Assembly: GCA_963664325.2 (NCBI GenBank)
Contig: CAXXDQ010000005.1
Span: 96,001-160,000, forward strand
Length of the DNA: 64,000 nt
Source of the DNA: Desulfomonilia bacterium
Lineage (GTDB): Bacteria; Desulfobacterota; Desulfomonilia; UBA1062
Reading direction: 5' to 3'
In this document: positions 1 through 9,590 of the stretch, piece after piece
How positions within the stretch are numbered: position 1 is the stretch's first letter
Layout: every line of letters starts with the position of its first letter
The notes under the pieces: generated by a model
Databases searched by the model: none
What the model was told of the DNA's origin: nothing
The model's input: the letters and a program-made list of their open reading frames with translations, nothing else
Translations under genes and position numbers: made by a program

Positions 1-378
1 AGGGCGCTGTGGCCATATTCGGCAGAATACCAGCTCACAAGGGGCAGGAGGCTGGCCGCCTATGACGTGACAAGGCTGACCATCGACACATTCACCGAAG
101 ATGATGTCGCCGATATGCTTGAATCAGGGCTCCTGCACAAAGAGGACATGGTAAACGGGCTGCTGATCAGCGATCCTGTAATATCACCGGCCACGCTTCC
201 TGAAAGGCTCAAGGGTATGGCCAGGCATCCGCGCTTTATACCGGCGCTTGCCAGGATGGGACTTACCCTTAATTCGGTCCTGGCGCATTATAAAAAATAT
301 CCGGGAGAATATAACCCCGCCTCGTTCGATTCATGGCAGCGGAAAAACAAAGAACTGTTCAGCCACTGGCTTGGATGA
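1..378 (+). CDS. Hypothetical protein, C-terminal part (5' end outside window)
   Basis: Frame 1 is open from base 1 (RALWPYSAEYQLTRGRRLAAYDV...) into the 67..378 ORF; no motif recognised. Confidence 0.6.
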   Translation, partial: RALWPYSAEYQLTRGRRLAAYDVTRLTIDTFTEDDVADMLESGLLHKEDMVNGLLISDPVISPATLPERLKGMARHPRFIPALARMGLTLNSVLAHYKKYPGEYNPASFDSWQRKNKELFSHWLG

Positions 379-383
379 AGAAA

Positions 384-444
384 CTGTTAAGCTGTTCAGT
401 AAATAGTTTTGCTTGAGGGCTTAACAGCTCAACAGCTTATCGGC
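384..444. repeat. Short palindrome built of 8-bp units
   Basis: ctgttaag-ctgttcag ... cttaacag-ctcaacag-cttatcgg; the arms are reverse complements. Confidence 0.5.
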
Positions 445-464
445 TATATTTAAGGAGAGAATAG

Positions 465-1556
465 TTGATGAAAAGACAAACAGCCTTAATTTTTCTGTTC
501 GTGCTGCTTACGGCCTGTGCCCCGCGCTATACGATCAACCACGATTATCCGAAGGAGCCGTTAAGTTTTCCGCGGGATCATGCCGCGCACTACGATGCGC
601 AGACCGAGTGGTGGTATTACACCGGGCATGTCTTTGATGAAGACAGGAACGAATACGGCTTTGAGCTTACATTTTTCAAGAGGATAACCAGCGACGACAA
701 GTCGCCGCTTTTGAAAATTCCCGCCTACTGGATGAAGGATGTGGGCATGGTGGCGCATTTTGCGGTCACGGACGTAAGCGATGGGAAATTCAGGTTCGGG
801 CAGAAGATAAACCTGTGTTCATCGTGGAAGGCCGACAAGGACAGATATGACGTGGAAATCGGCGACTGGTCGGCTAAGGAAACGGGCGGCATCCATGAAC
901 TCAGGGCAAAGATGAAAGGCTATGAAATCGCATTGAGGCTTAACCCGTTAAAAGACCCCGTTCCGAACGGTCCCGGCGGGATTATGCCGAAGGGCGGCGG
1001 GAACGCGAATTATTATTATTCGATAACGAGGATTGAAGTCACGGGCACTATCACGTTGGGCGGAAAAGAAAAAAAGGTGAAGGGCATTGCATGGATGGAC
1101 CATGAATACGGAACCATGAAAGTTGCCCGCGGCGTTAAGGGCTGGGACTGGTTCAGCATGCAGCTAAACGACGGGACGGATATAATGATTTACATGATCA
1201 AGGACAAAAACCGGGTCGTTAAGGAATCGGGCGGCACGGTGGTCGATACGTCGGGCGCATACAGCTGGCTGAAGCTTTCGGATATGGAAATCAAAGAACT
1301 CTCCACATGGCAGAGCCATAACACAGGGGCCTGTTACCCTTCGGAGTGGGAGGTTTACATAAAGCCTCTGGACCTCAAATTATGCCTGATTCCTGTAACT
1401 AAAGACCAGGAGCTGAGGCTGGCGCCCATTGATTACTGGGAAGGGGCCGTAAACATAAAAGGCAAAAGGGCCGGTGCACCGGTTATGGGAAAGGGGTATG
1501 TCGAGCTTGTGGGGTATTCGAAGAAATCGAAAGTAGGTGAAGAAAATCTTGAATAG
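465..1556 (+). CDS. Lipocalin-like / CrtC-AttH family secreted hydrolase, lipoprotein
   Basis: FPRDH..H...TEWWYYTG, YYYS, WMDHEY, GWDWFS, YWEG, GYVELVGY motifs; lipobox LTAC. Confidence 0.85.
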   Translation: MMKRQTALIFLFVLLTACAPRYTINHDYPKEPLSFPRDHAAHYDAQTEWWYYTGHVFDEDRNEYGFELTFFKRITSDDKSPLLKIPAYWMKDVGMVAHFAVTDVSDGKFRFGQKINLCSSWKADKDRYDVEIGDWSAKETGGIHELRAKMKGYEIALRLNPLKDPVPNGPGGIMPKGGGNANYYYSITRIEVTGTITLGGKEKKVKGIAWMDHEYGTMKVARGVKGWDWFSMQLNDGTDIMIYMIKDKNRVVKESGGTVVDTSGAYSWLKLSDMEIKELSTWQSHNTGACYPSEWEVYIKPLDLKLCLIPVTKDQELRLAPIDYWEGAVNIKGKRAGAPVMGKGYVELVGYSKKSKVGEENLE

Positions 1557-1578
1557 GGAACATTTGAAATATCATGAA

Positions 1579-2001
1579 TCAAACCTTTATGAGACCGTAT
1601 TTCTCCAATTCTTCTTTTATTTTTGCCCTTTCGACGGGCTTGTAAAGGTATGAGTTTGCGCCCCCGCGGTAGCAGGCCTCAAAGATAAATGCAGGGTTTT
1701 TTACGGCAGTGACGACGATGATCTTTACCTCGCCGGTCTTCATAACACCCATCTCGCGCTCGATCTTGCGCATCATCTTTATGGCATCTATCCCGCCTAC
1801 GCGCGGCAGCATCAGATCCATGCAAACGAGGTCATAAGGCCTTCCCATCTCCAGGGCAAGCGTGAACGCCTTCACGCAGTCCATGCCGTCTCCCGCCGCA
1901 ACGCATGTCCCGTAATCGGAAAGTATCCGCTCGAGGGCGAGTCTTGACGTCATGCTGACGTCGGCAAGCAGTATCCTGAGTTTTCCGTCGCTGTCCGGCA
2001 T
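1579..2001 (-). CDS. Single-domain response regulator (receiver)
   Basis: YDLVCMDLMLP, IIVVTA, GANSYLYKP. Confidence 0.9.
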   Translation of the reverse strand: MPDSDGKLRILLADVSMTSRLALERILSDYGTCVAAGDGMDCVKAFTLALEMGRPYDLVCMDLMLPRVGGIDAIKMMRKIEREMGVMKTGEVKIIVVTAVKNPAFIFEACYRGGANSYLYKPVERAKIKEELEKYGLIKV

Positions 2002-2172
2002 GATACTAATATAGGGTTGTCATGAAGGCATGGAAAGGGGTTAAGAATTTTTTATTCTAGAGGTTTTCAACAAGCTCTTTTCCGGCCGGATATAAATTTT
2101 ACGGGAAATTATGCGTTTCCTTATTATCTGCGATGTGAGATATTTATTCCGGACAGGGACAGGAGAATCATT

Positions 2173-2679
2173 ATGACTGAATTTTCTAAGATAATTTCAG
2201 GCTGGTATCCTTTCTATGCGACCATTGCCGGCGCCTCGGCAACATTGCTGGGGCTTCTGTTCGTGATGGTTTCCATCAACAGGGAGCACCTGGGCCTTGA
2301 AGAGAATTCAAAGCTCGTGTCACTTGCAAAGCAGACCTTTATCAGATACCTTTTCATCCTTACATTTTCATTAACGATGCTGGTCCCGAGGAAGACCCCT
2401 GCAAGCCTGTGCATTCCCATAACCGGCCTCGGCCTCTTCGGGCTGCTTAATATAGTAAGAGAGATAATTCCCAATTTCAGAAAGACGAAAATCATTGCTT
2501 CAATCAGGGATTACGCATGGTCTCTGCTGGCATTTGTCCTGATGATTACGTCTTCGATTCATGTAATTATCTATGCGGATACAGACAGTCTTTTTCATAT
2601 GGTAACCGCACTTTTCATGCTTCTGGTTTCAGCGACGAAAAGCTCCTGGAAACTTCTTACCGAAATCAGAAAAACTTGA
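2173..2679 (+). CDS. Integral membrane protein of unknown function
   Basis: About 5 hydrophobic helices; N-terminal AGASATLLGLLFV; AGGAG RBS. Confidence 0.75.
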   Translation: MTEFSKIISGWYPFYATIAGASATLLGLLFVMVSINREHLGLEENSKLVSLAKQTFIRYLFILTFSLTMLVPRKTPASLCIPITGLGLFGLLNIVREIIPNFRKTKIIASIRDYAWSLLAFVLMITSSIHVIIYADTDSLFHMVTALFMLLVSATKSSWKLLTEIRKT

Positions 2680-2681
2680 TG

Positions 2682-2912
2682 TTATCCGGATAAAGAGCCC
2701 TGTCCCGGTTCTGAAGAACCCTCGTCAATCGATTTGAGTATTTCCGTTATTTCCGTCTCTGTCGATTTCAGACTCTGCCTTAAAAATTTAATCATCTCTG
2801 AAGCCGCCCTGACATTTTCCCCAAGTCTGTCTATGGGGATATCACCGTTGTTTATCTTCTCAACCAGCGCCTCAAGATCGCTCAGGGTTTCGGAATAATT
2901 TTTTTTCTTCAT
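2682..2912 (-). CDS. xseB: Exodeoxyribonuclease VII small subunit
   Basis: YSETLSDLEALVEKI..GDIPID pattern; overlaps the xseA stop. Confidence 0.9.
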   Translation of the reverse strand: MKKKNYSETLSDLEALVEKINNGDIPIDRLGENVRAASEMIKFLRQSLKSTETEITEILKSIDEGSSEPGQGSLSG

Positions 2913-4225
2913 TTTATCTCCCTCGATTCGACAATGCTCGTAAGGCTTCCGTGGTAAAGTACGGTCTTCAGCCTTTCGCCCTCTTGCGCAGCGGCGGCAT
3001 CCGTAAGCGGGCTGCCGTCAGGACGCAGGCTCATGCTGAATCCCCTTTTCAGGATAGAAGCCGGGTCCACGACCTTTACAAGGTTTTCATATTCAATAAG
3101 CCTTATGCCGGCAGCCCTTATGATAGCGCGGACAGAAGGGCTTATTGAACTTTTAATGACTGCAAGCCTGCCTGACGCACCTGAAATGGTGCGGGCTGAG
3201 GCCATGCCCAGGTTCCTGAGCCAGGTATGAAGGAGGCCCTCGGCGGTCTTTGTCATACCCGAAACAGACAGCGAAACCCTGTAGGCAAGCATTTTGAGCC
3301 GGTCCCAGTCCCTTTCAAGCAATGATGCCGCAGAGTTCTCAAGCACCGTACCCGCTTCATCGATCCTGAGCCTGAAACCGTCAAGCACTGATACGAAGAA
3401 CCTTGCCGTATCAGTCGGGGTCACGAAATGCCTGTACGAGACCATATCCGCCACGCTCAGGTCTATTTCATGCCCGATGCCTGTCAGAACCGGATATGCA
3501 GCCCTGGCGACAGCCGTGCAGATTGTAATATCGTCGAAGTATGAAAGGTCCGTCCTTGAACCCCCGCCGCGGACAATCGCGATTGCATCCGGCTTGAGTT
3601 TTTCAAGCGCGGCGATTCCGGTTATGATGTCCTTTGAAGTCTGCTCGCCCTGCATGTAGGCGTTGAAGAGAAGTATCTTGAAGGCATAGCCGCTTTCGTT
3701 GAGAATACTCGTAAAGTCCTTATAGGCGGCGGAACCCGCCGATGTTATCAGACCTATCCTTAAAGGACAGTCGCTTAATGAAAGGCCCTTGTTCCTTTCC
3801 ATCAGGCCGGACTTTTTCAGCTCGTCTATCGTCTGCTGCCGTTTCTTAGCCATGGCGCCAAGGCTGTAGGAGGCATCGATATCGTTTACGACAAGCTGGT
3901 ACTTGCCCTCCTTGACATATAGCTCCACCGACGCCCTTACTTTCACCTCGAGCCCGTCGGCCAGAGTGAAAGAGGCCAGTCCTTCCCTTCTCAGCCTGGC
4001 CTTCCATGACAGCACCGAACCCTTGAAGAATGCGCAGCCGATCCTGGCGATGTACTGCCCCGGGTTTCGGGCGTCTTTTTCCACGATGTCGAAATATGCA
4101 TGGCCTGAACGGTCATGCAGCTTGAACCCGTGTATTTCGCCAACCACCCAGGTGTCTTCGCCGAATGTTTCGTCAAGTAAAGACCTTGTTAGGTTGTTAA
4201 GCTGGCTTACGCTGTAGCAGTTCAT
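2909..4225 (-). CDS. xseA: Exodeoxyribonuclease VII large subunit
   Basis: YSVSQLN, WVVGEI, SGHAYF, IGLITS..SAAYKD, RGGGS, TGIGHEID, TPT. Confidence 0.95.
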   Translation of the reverse strand: MNCYSVSQLNNLTRSLLDETFGEDTWVVGEIHGFKLHDRSGHAYFDIVEKDARNPGQYIARIGCAFFKGSVLSWKARLRREGLASFTLADGLEVKVRASVELYVKEGKYQLVVNDIDASYSLGAMAKKRQQTIDELKKSGLMERNKGLSLSDCPLRIGLITSAGSAAYKDFTSILNESGYAFKILLFNAYMQGEQTSKDIITGIAALEKLKPDAIAIVRGGGSRTDLSYFDDITICTAVARAAYPVLTGIGHEIDLSVADMVSYRHFVTPTDTARFFVSVLDGFRLRIDEAGTVLENSAASLLERDWDRLKMLAYRVSLSVSGMTKTAEGLLHTWLRNLGMASARTISGASGRLAVIKSSISPSVRAIIRAAGIRLIEYENLVKVVDPASILKRGFSMSLRPDGSPLTDAAAAQEGERLKTVLYHGSLTSIVESREIK

Positions 4226-4331
4226 GTTTCATGAGATAGCAGACAATCCGAGGAGTAATCAAGCATTCGCTGATTGACCCACTTTTTAAAATATGGGATA
4301 CGTGCTCGTAAGCCATTTAAAAGAGGTTCCT

Positions 4332-5105
4332 ATGGAATACAGTCTGATCAAGATAGAGGTCGAAAATCATATTGCCATTGTGGAAATGAACCGCAAGAAA
4401 GAGCTGAATGCGCTTAACATGGCCATGATGAGGGAGCTTGACGGAGCATTTGCATCTTTCGATCAGGAGGGCAGCGATATCAGCCTTGTAGTGCTGACCG
4501 GCGGGGAGGGATGCTTTTCCGCAGGGCTTGACCTGAAGGAAGTGCCAGATCTCAACGGAGACGATTCGGCAAGGTATTTCAAGCTTTACCTTGATTTGTA
4601 TACCCGGCTGATCGACTACGAAAAGATCATGATAACGGCAGTGAGCGGGATAGCCTTCGGCGGCGGACTCAACCTTGCCCTTATGGGGGATATAATCATT
4701 GCATCTGAAAGCGCCATATTCTGCCATCCCGAGGTGAAATACGGATTCAACCCCCTCATCACGCCGCTGGTGTCGCGCATCGGCATGGCGAGGAGCAAGG
4801 AGCTTACTTTAAGGGGTGATCCCATCGGCGCGATCGAGGCCCACGACATCGGTCTGATAAACCGCGTGGTCCCGCCGGAAAGATTCAGGGAAGAGGTTAT
4901 GGCCTGGGCCAGGCAGCTTGAAAAAAGGCCTAAGGAGGCTGTTTTGGCGCTCAAGCGCTCGTTTGATGTCGTAAGCAGGCTTGATGCGAAGGCCGCCATC
5001 GAATATGAACTCGAAATATCGGCCATGCTGCTCAATGTAAGAACGAACGCCAGAAAGGAGATGAAAAATTTCATCCAGGGCAAAAAAACATCCAGGGCCT
5101 CATAA
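4332..5105 (+). CDS. Enoyl-CoA hydratase/isomerase family protein
   Basis: NALN, FSAGLDL, AFGGG, HPEVKYG; start moved to ATG 4332 after AGAGG. Confidence 0.9.
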   Translation: MEYSLIKIEVENHIAIVEMNRKKELNALNMAMMRELDGAFASFDQEGSDISLVVLTGGEGCFSAGLDLKEVPDLNGDDSARYFKLYLDLYTRLIDYEKIMITAVSGIAFGGGLNLALMGDIIIASESAIFCHPEVKYGFNPLITPLVSRIGMARSKELTLRGDPIGAIEAHDIGLINRVVPPERFREEVMAWARQLEKRPKEAVLALKRSFDVVSRLDAKAAIEYELEISAMLLNVRTNARKEMKNFIQGKKTSRAS

Positions 5106-5769
5106 GTTCGACGCTCAGAAGCTTTTTAAAAAACTTTCTTCTTTCTACGGGCCTTCGGGGTGGTGGCCGGGAGAAACCCCTTTTGAAATCATCGTAGGCG
5201 CAGTCCTTACCCAGAACACCGCATGGGCGAATGTCGAGCTCGCCATATCAAACCTTAAATCATCAGGCATGCTTGATTTCGATGCATTGTATTCTGCAAA
5301 AGATGAAATCCTGGCAGACCTGATCAGGCCGGCAGGATATTTCAACATCAAAACAAGGCGCCTGAAGAACCTGCTTGATAAAATTGCCGGAGCCGGCGGC
5401 CTGGATGCTGTTTTTAAGATGGAAACAGCCGTTTTGAGAGATACGCTGCTCACCGTGAACGGGATAGGGCCGGAGACTGCCGACAGCATATGCTGCTATG
5501 CGGCTGGAAGGCCGGTTTTCGTTGTGGACGCCTACACAAAGCGCATGCTCAGCCGGCATGGATATGCATCTGAAAAAGCTTCATATCATGAGATCCGGGT
5601 CATGTTCATGAATGCGCTTATCCCGGATGTCAGCTTATTCAAAGACCTGCACGCCTATATCGTCTTTGTAGGGAAGGATTTCTGCAGAAAAACAAATCCC
5701 GGCTGCAGCCGGTGCCCGGTCTCAAGCCTTTGGGGTAATCCCTCTTATTCCGCTTTGCATTCAAGATGA
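5068..5769 (+). CDS. Endonuclease III-like HhH-GPD DNA glycosylase (start uncertain, possibly ATT)
   Basis: Frame is open upstream of the 5269 ATG and encodes YGPSGWWPGETPFEIIVGAVLTQNTAW; GIGPETADSI, VVDAYTKR; C-terminal CX6CX2C. Confidence 0.85.
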   Translation: MSSRAKKHPGPHKFDAQKLFKKLSSFYGPSGWWPGETPFEIIVGAVLTQNTAWANVELAISNLKSSGMLDFDALYSAKDEILADLIRPAGYFNIKTRRLKNLLDKIAGAGGLDAVFKMETAVLRDTLLTVNGIGPETADSICCYAAGRPVFVVDAYTKRMLSRHGYASEKASYHEIRVMFMNALIPDVSLFKDLHAYIVFVGKDFCRKTNPGCSRCPVSSLWGNPSYSALHSR

Positions 5770-6047
5770 TGTCTCTTCGCCTTCGGCTTGAGGATCGAGG
5801 CAGGAAGCTCAAGATCCCATTTTCGCGAAGGCAAGGAGGAAGCGACGTAGGTGTACTCTGTTATGTACTCCGAGGAGCATTCCGACATGGCCGACAAATT
5901 TTCTCTACGCCTTAGGCTTGAGGAGCTAAACACGAAGCTCACGACCCCATTTTCGCATCACGAAAATTGACGCATCGAAGATGCGCCCGAAGGGTGAGGG
6001 CCGTTAATAACCCGAATCAAAGGAAGCGCTTGAATGCAAAATGGAAT
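5747..6047. mobile_element. Non-autonomous MITE/REP-like element, long composite form
   Basis: Terminal inverted repeats attccgctttgcattcaag / cttgaatgcaaaatggaat (17/19); core shared with 17074..17199; holds two copies of a ~55-bp unit (5768-5826, 5902-5956). Confidence 0.75.
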
Positions 6048-6499
6048 TAAAACAGTTTCCTGCTGTCCAGCAGAATTGTAACAGGGCCGTCGTTTATCAA
6101 TGAGACTTCCATCATGGCCTGGAATACCCCTGTTTTCACCTTGCCCGGCAGGAGCCCGGACATCTTATTGGCGAAGTCCGCAAACATCTGCCGGGCAGTC
6201 TCGGGCGCTTCGGCGTCCGACCAGGAAGGCCTTCTGCCCTTCCTGGCATCGCCCAGCAGCGTGAACTGGGAAATCAGCAGGACTTCACCTTGGGTCTCGG
6301 CGACACTTAAGTTCATGAAGCCCTTTTCATCGTCGAAGATGCGAAGCCCCAGGATCTTGTTCGAGATGTATTCAATGTCCGCCTGAGAGTCGTTTTTTTC
6401 TATCCCGGCAAGGCACAAAAGCCCTGTTCCGATTGAGGAGACAACACTGCCGCCGACCTCAACCGATGCCTTCCTGACCCGCTGCAAAACCGCCCGCAT
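6047..6499 (-). CDS. dtd: D-aminoacyl-tRNA deacylase
   Basis: MRAVLQRV, SQFTL, KGRRPS, NDGPVT. Confidence 0.95.
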   Translation of the reverse strand: MRAVLQRVRKASVEVGGSVVSSIGTGLLCLAGIEKNDSQADIEYISNKILGLRIFDDEKGFMNLSVAETQGEVLLISQFTLLGDARKGRRPSWSDAEAPETARQMFADFANKMSGLLPGKVKTGVFQAMMEVSLINDGPVTILLDSRKLF

Positions 6500-6500
6500 G

Positions 6501-7106
6501 CTAAAACCGGCCTTCCGATTTTTCGTAGAGTTCAATGACGTTATTAATCCGCGTTATACGCCATGTACCCTGTTCACTTGTCAATTCGATCTCAAGCACG
6601 CCTGTTTTACCGGCAGAGAGTCTGGCTTTGGCCGTGCCGTTTTTCCATGAGATGCCTTTGAGCCCGAGTTTTCCCCGGGCAGCACCCTTCATCATGGGGC
6701 TTAAAACACTTGTCACAGGCGGAGCGCCGTTTTTGACCCAGGCCTCGAAGTCACCCGGCAGGCTTTTCTTGACCCTGGTCCCGTACATGACGGCAAGGTT
6801 CTTGCTGACATAGGGTGGGATGCCTCTCGAGTCCATTTTCTGGTATGCGATTAGCGTAATCTGCTTGGCCAGCTCCATTGAAAGCGTTTCCATATCGACA
6901 TACCTGCTGAAGGTCTTCCAGTCGTGTTCCCTTATGGACCTTGATACCTGTGAGAGCGAATAAACGGGAGTTGTCGGAAACCAGAAGTAAAGAAGCGCTC
7001 CTGCAGCAACTATAATCGCTGCACATGCCGCCATTACGGCAGAAATGATGATCTTTCTTCTTTTCTTTGTTTCTATCTCACCACAAAAAGGGATCTCGTG
7101 CTTCAT
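6501..7106 (-). CDS. Membrane-anchored protein, DUF2939-like
   Basis: One TM helix then PVYSL...HDWKTFSRYVD; C-terminal WRITRI. Confidence 0.65.
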   Translation of the reverse strand: MKHEIPFCGEIETKKRRKIIISAVMAACAAIIVAAGALLYFWFPTTPVYSLSQVSRSIREHDWKTFSRYVDMETLSMELAKQITLIAYQKMDSRGIPPYVSKNLAVMYGTRVKKSLPGDFEAWVKNGAPPVTSVLSPMMKGAARGKLGLKGISWKNGTAKARLSAGKTGVLEIELTSEQGTWRITRINNVIELYEKSEGRF

Positions 7107-7141
7107 GCTAGGCTCCTAAAGCCGAAGGCGAAGAGACATCA
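7082..7141 (-). repeat. Solo copy of the ~55-bp repeat unit
   Basis: Reverse complement gatgtctcttcgccttcggctttaggagcctagcatgaagcacgagatcccttttt; first 22 nt identical to 5768-5789. Confidence 0.85.
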
Positions 7142-7155
7142 CTCTCAGCCGCCCT

Positions 7156-8538
7156 TTACTTGAATATGGTCGTGGTCATTACCACGCCGTCGCGCAAAAC
7201 GCTCAGGCTGAGTTTCCTGCCGGTAAGGGCAGCGGCTGCTTTCTTGAAATCCGCAAGCGACTTAATCTCTTTCTTGCCGAGCTGGAGTATTATGTCGCCG
7301 GGCTTGAGCCCTGTGCCCTCGGCGTTGGAACCATGCTTTATACTGGTTACAATTACACCTGTTACATTGGCATTCAGGTTCAGGCTGTCCCTTACGCCCG
7401 CATCTATCTCCTGCGCCGTAAGCCCTCCGAGGAAGCGGTTGTCGCCGACCGTGAAAGTGTCCCCCGAAGCGGAGGCCTTTGAAAGGTCGCCCGCGTTTAC
7501 AGGGATTATGATTTCCCGGCCTTTTCTTATAACGGTTACCTTTGCCTGGGTTCCGGGAAGGACCTCTGATACCATGAACCTCATTGAAATTGAGTTCGGA
7601 ACTACTTTTCCGTTTATTGCAGTTATGACATCACCGCGTTTTATGCCTGAGTTGGCGGCAGGAGAGCCTTTTGCGACATCGACGACGATAACGCCTCTTG
7701 GAGTTGACATATTCAATGAGCGCGCAATACCGGCGTCGATATCCTGGGCCGTGACTCCGAACCAGCCCCTTACGACCTTCCCGTAACGGAGGATGCTGTT
7801 CTTCACGGATACCGCGAAGTCTGCAGGTATGGCGAACCCTATCCCGATATTGCCTCCGGACCTTGAGAGGATGGAGGTGTTGATACCGACAAGCTCCCCT
7901 CTCATGTTCACGAGCGCACCGCCCGAATTGCCCGGGTTGATTGCGGCATCAGTCTGAATGAAGTTTTCATAATCGGTAATGCCTAGGCCTGAACGGCCGA
8001 GTGCGCTCACTATGCCCAGTGTGACGGTCTGCCCGAGCCCGAACGGGTTGCCTACAGCAAGGACAAAGGTCCCGATCCTTAACTTCGACGAATCTCCGAC
8101 AGGCAGATAAGGCAGCCCTTTTGACTCTATCTTTATTACGGCCACATCGCTCTTGGGGTCGGTCCCGATAATGCGTGCCTGGAATACCCTGTTGTCTGAA
8201 AGCCTTACCTCGACCTTATCCGCCCCGCCTACGACATGGTTATTTGTTATTATATAGCCGTCCGCCGATATAATAACTCCCGAGCCGAGAGAACGCTGCA
8301 CCCTTTCCTGCTGGGGGGCATTGCCGAAAAAATCCCTGAAAAACGGGTCGGAATAAAACGGAGAGCTGTCGACAACGGTCTTTGTCGATGAGATGTTTAC
8401 AACGGAAGGAATGACCTTTTGCGCCACGTCCGCCACCCATTCGCCCTGCATAACATCAGCAGGCACAGCCGGCAGCGGGGCGGCTGAAATCATGACCGCA
8501 AACATTGAAAGGACAGCCAGTCGATGCACCTTGTTCAT
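7156..8538 (-). CDS. DegP/DegQ (HtrA, Do family) periplasmic serine protease with two PDZ domains
   Basis: GSGVII, TNNHV, DVAVIK, QTDAAINPGNSGG; signal peptide. Confidence 0.95.
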   Translation of the reverse strand: MNKVHRLAVLSMFAVMISAAPLPAVPADVMQGEWVADVAQKVIPSVVNISSTKTVVDSSPFYSDPFFRDFFGNAPQQERVQRSLGSGVIISADGYIITNNHVVGGADKVEVRLSDNRVFQARIIGTDPKSDVAVIKIESKGLPYLPVGDSSKLRIGTFVLAVGNPFGLGQTVTLGIVSALGRSGLGITDYENFIQTDAAINPGNSGGALVNMRGELVGINTSILSRSGGNIGIGFAIPADFAVSVKNSILRYGKVVRGWFGVTAQDIDAGIARSLNMSTPRGVIVVDVAKGSPAANSGIKRGDVITAINGKVVPNSISMRFMVSEVLPGTQAKVTVIRKGREIIIPVNAGDLSKASASGDTFTVGDNRFLGGLTAQEIDAGVRDSLNLNANVTGVIVTSIKHGSNAEGTGLKPGDIILQLGKKEIKSLADFKKAAAALTGRKLSLSVLRDGVVMTTTIFK

Positions 8539-8660
8539 ATTGAATCCTCCTTATGCTGCGCATGTCCTAGCACAGAGACAAAACTGTTTCAACCATGCCG
8601 GAAACTGCTGGAGAGGCCCCTATGTACATTGTCAAGACAATCGGATATAGGCATGATATT

Positions 8661-9566
8661 ATGGGGATTAATTCTACCAGAACCTTCCATGCAAAAAGCG
8701 GTATCGACCTGATGAGGGAATATACGATCAACGAATCCCTGTCCTCGCTTGATTCCGTTTATATGGACCTGATTGAAAACCCCAGGCCGTTCGGGCAGAT
8801 AATAGCCGGGAAGCTGATTTCACAAGGTCTTTTATCACAAGGTTCGACAATCCTTGAAGCAGGCGGAGGCTATGGCACGCTAATGGCGTCTCTGCTCGAT
8901 GCCTGCTGCGAAACGGTCAGGAAAGTCGTAATGGCGGATCTGTCCCGGGGGTTGCTGCTGAAGCAAAAGAAGCGTCTTGAGCCCTGGGCGGAGAAGTGCT
9001 CATTCGTGAACACCGACATCCATGAAATGCTCCATGCAGTTAAAGGAATCGACATCCTGATAATGAACGAGGTCGTCGGCGACCTGGATACGATGACTGG
9101 TCTTGTACCGGGCAGCCTGCCCGTGTCTGCAGGGACCGTCATTGAAAAATATGGCCTGGACATGCCGGAAACCGGTCCGTTTTGTCTGAACTCAGGTGCC
9201 ATCAATGCGGTCGAGGCCGTATGCCAAAATGGTTTTTCCGCATTTATATCAGAACACAGTTCCGACCCGATAATCCCGCATGACATGCCCTGGCTGGCTA
9301 AAGGCCTCGAACTGGACGGCTGGCCGCGGGAGATCAAGCTGTTCGGCCACTCAGAATATACGATCAGGTTTGCCCACCTTATAAAGGTGGCGCACACCCT
9401 GGGGAGAAAAACCCTTACAGGCTCTTACATCGACCTGGCAGGACTTAAACGAAGGCCTTCATACCGCTTCATATTCGAGGCCGGAGCCTGCTCGACCCAC
9501 GAACAGGAAATCATCCTGGAATTCCTCGACCACATCAGGGAATACAGATGGATGATAATTCTTTAA
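8661..9566 (+). CDS. Class I SAM-dependent methyltransferase
   Basis: ILEAGGGYG motif I, MADLS, NEVVGD; start uncertain (8595, 8661 or 8712). Confidence 0.75.
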   Translation: MGINSTRTFHAKSGIDLMREYTINESLSSLDSVYMDLIENPRPFGQIIAGKLISQGLLSQGSTILEAGGGYGTLMASLLDACCETVRKVVMADLSRGLLLKQKKRLEPWAEKCSFVNTDIHEMLHAVKGIDILIMNEVVGDLDTMTGLVPGSLPVSAGTVIEKYGLDMPETGPFCLNSGAINAVEAVCQNGFSAFISEHSSDPIIPHDMPWLAKGLELDGWPREIKLFGHSEYTIRFAHLIKVAHTLGRKTLTGSYIDLAGLKRRPSYRFIFEAGACSTHEQEIILEFLDHIREYRWMIIL

Positions 9567-9590
9567 TAAATCCGGCATTCAGGCCCTGCC

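Noticed and set aside
5745-5942. 65-aa and 93-aa (16891..17172) minus-strand ORFs sharing SECSSEY
   Set aside because: The similarity is just translation of the shared repeat core
5768-5956. Repeated unit as a CRISPR array
   Set aside because: Only two adjacent, diverged ~55-bp copies; no regular spacers; no cas genes
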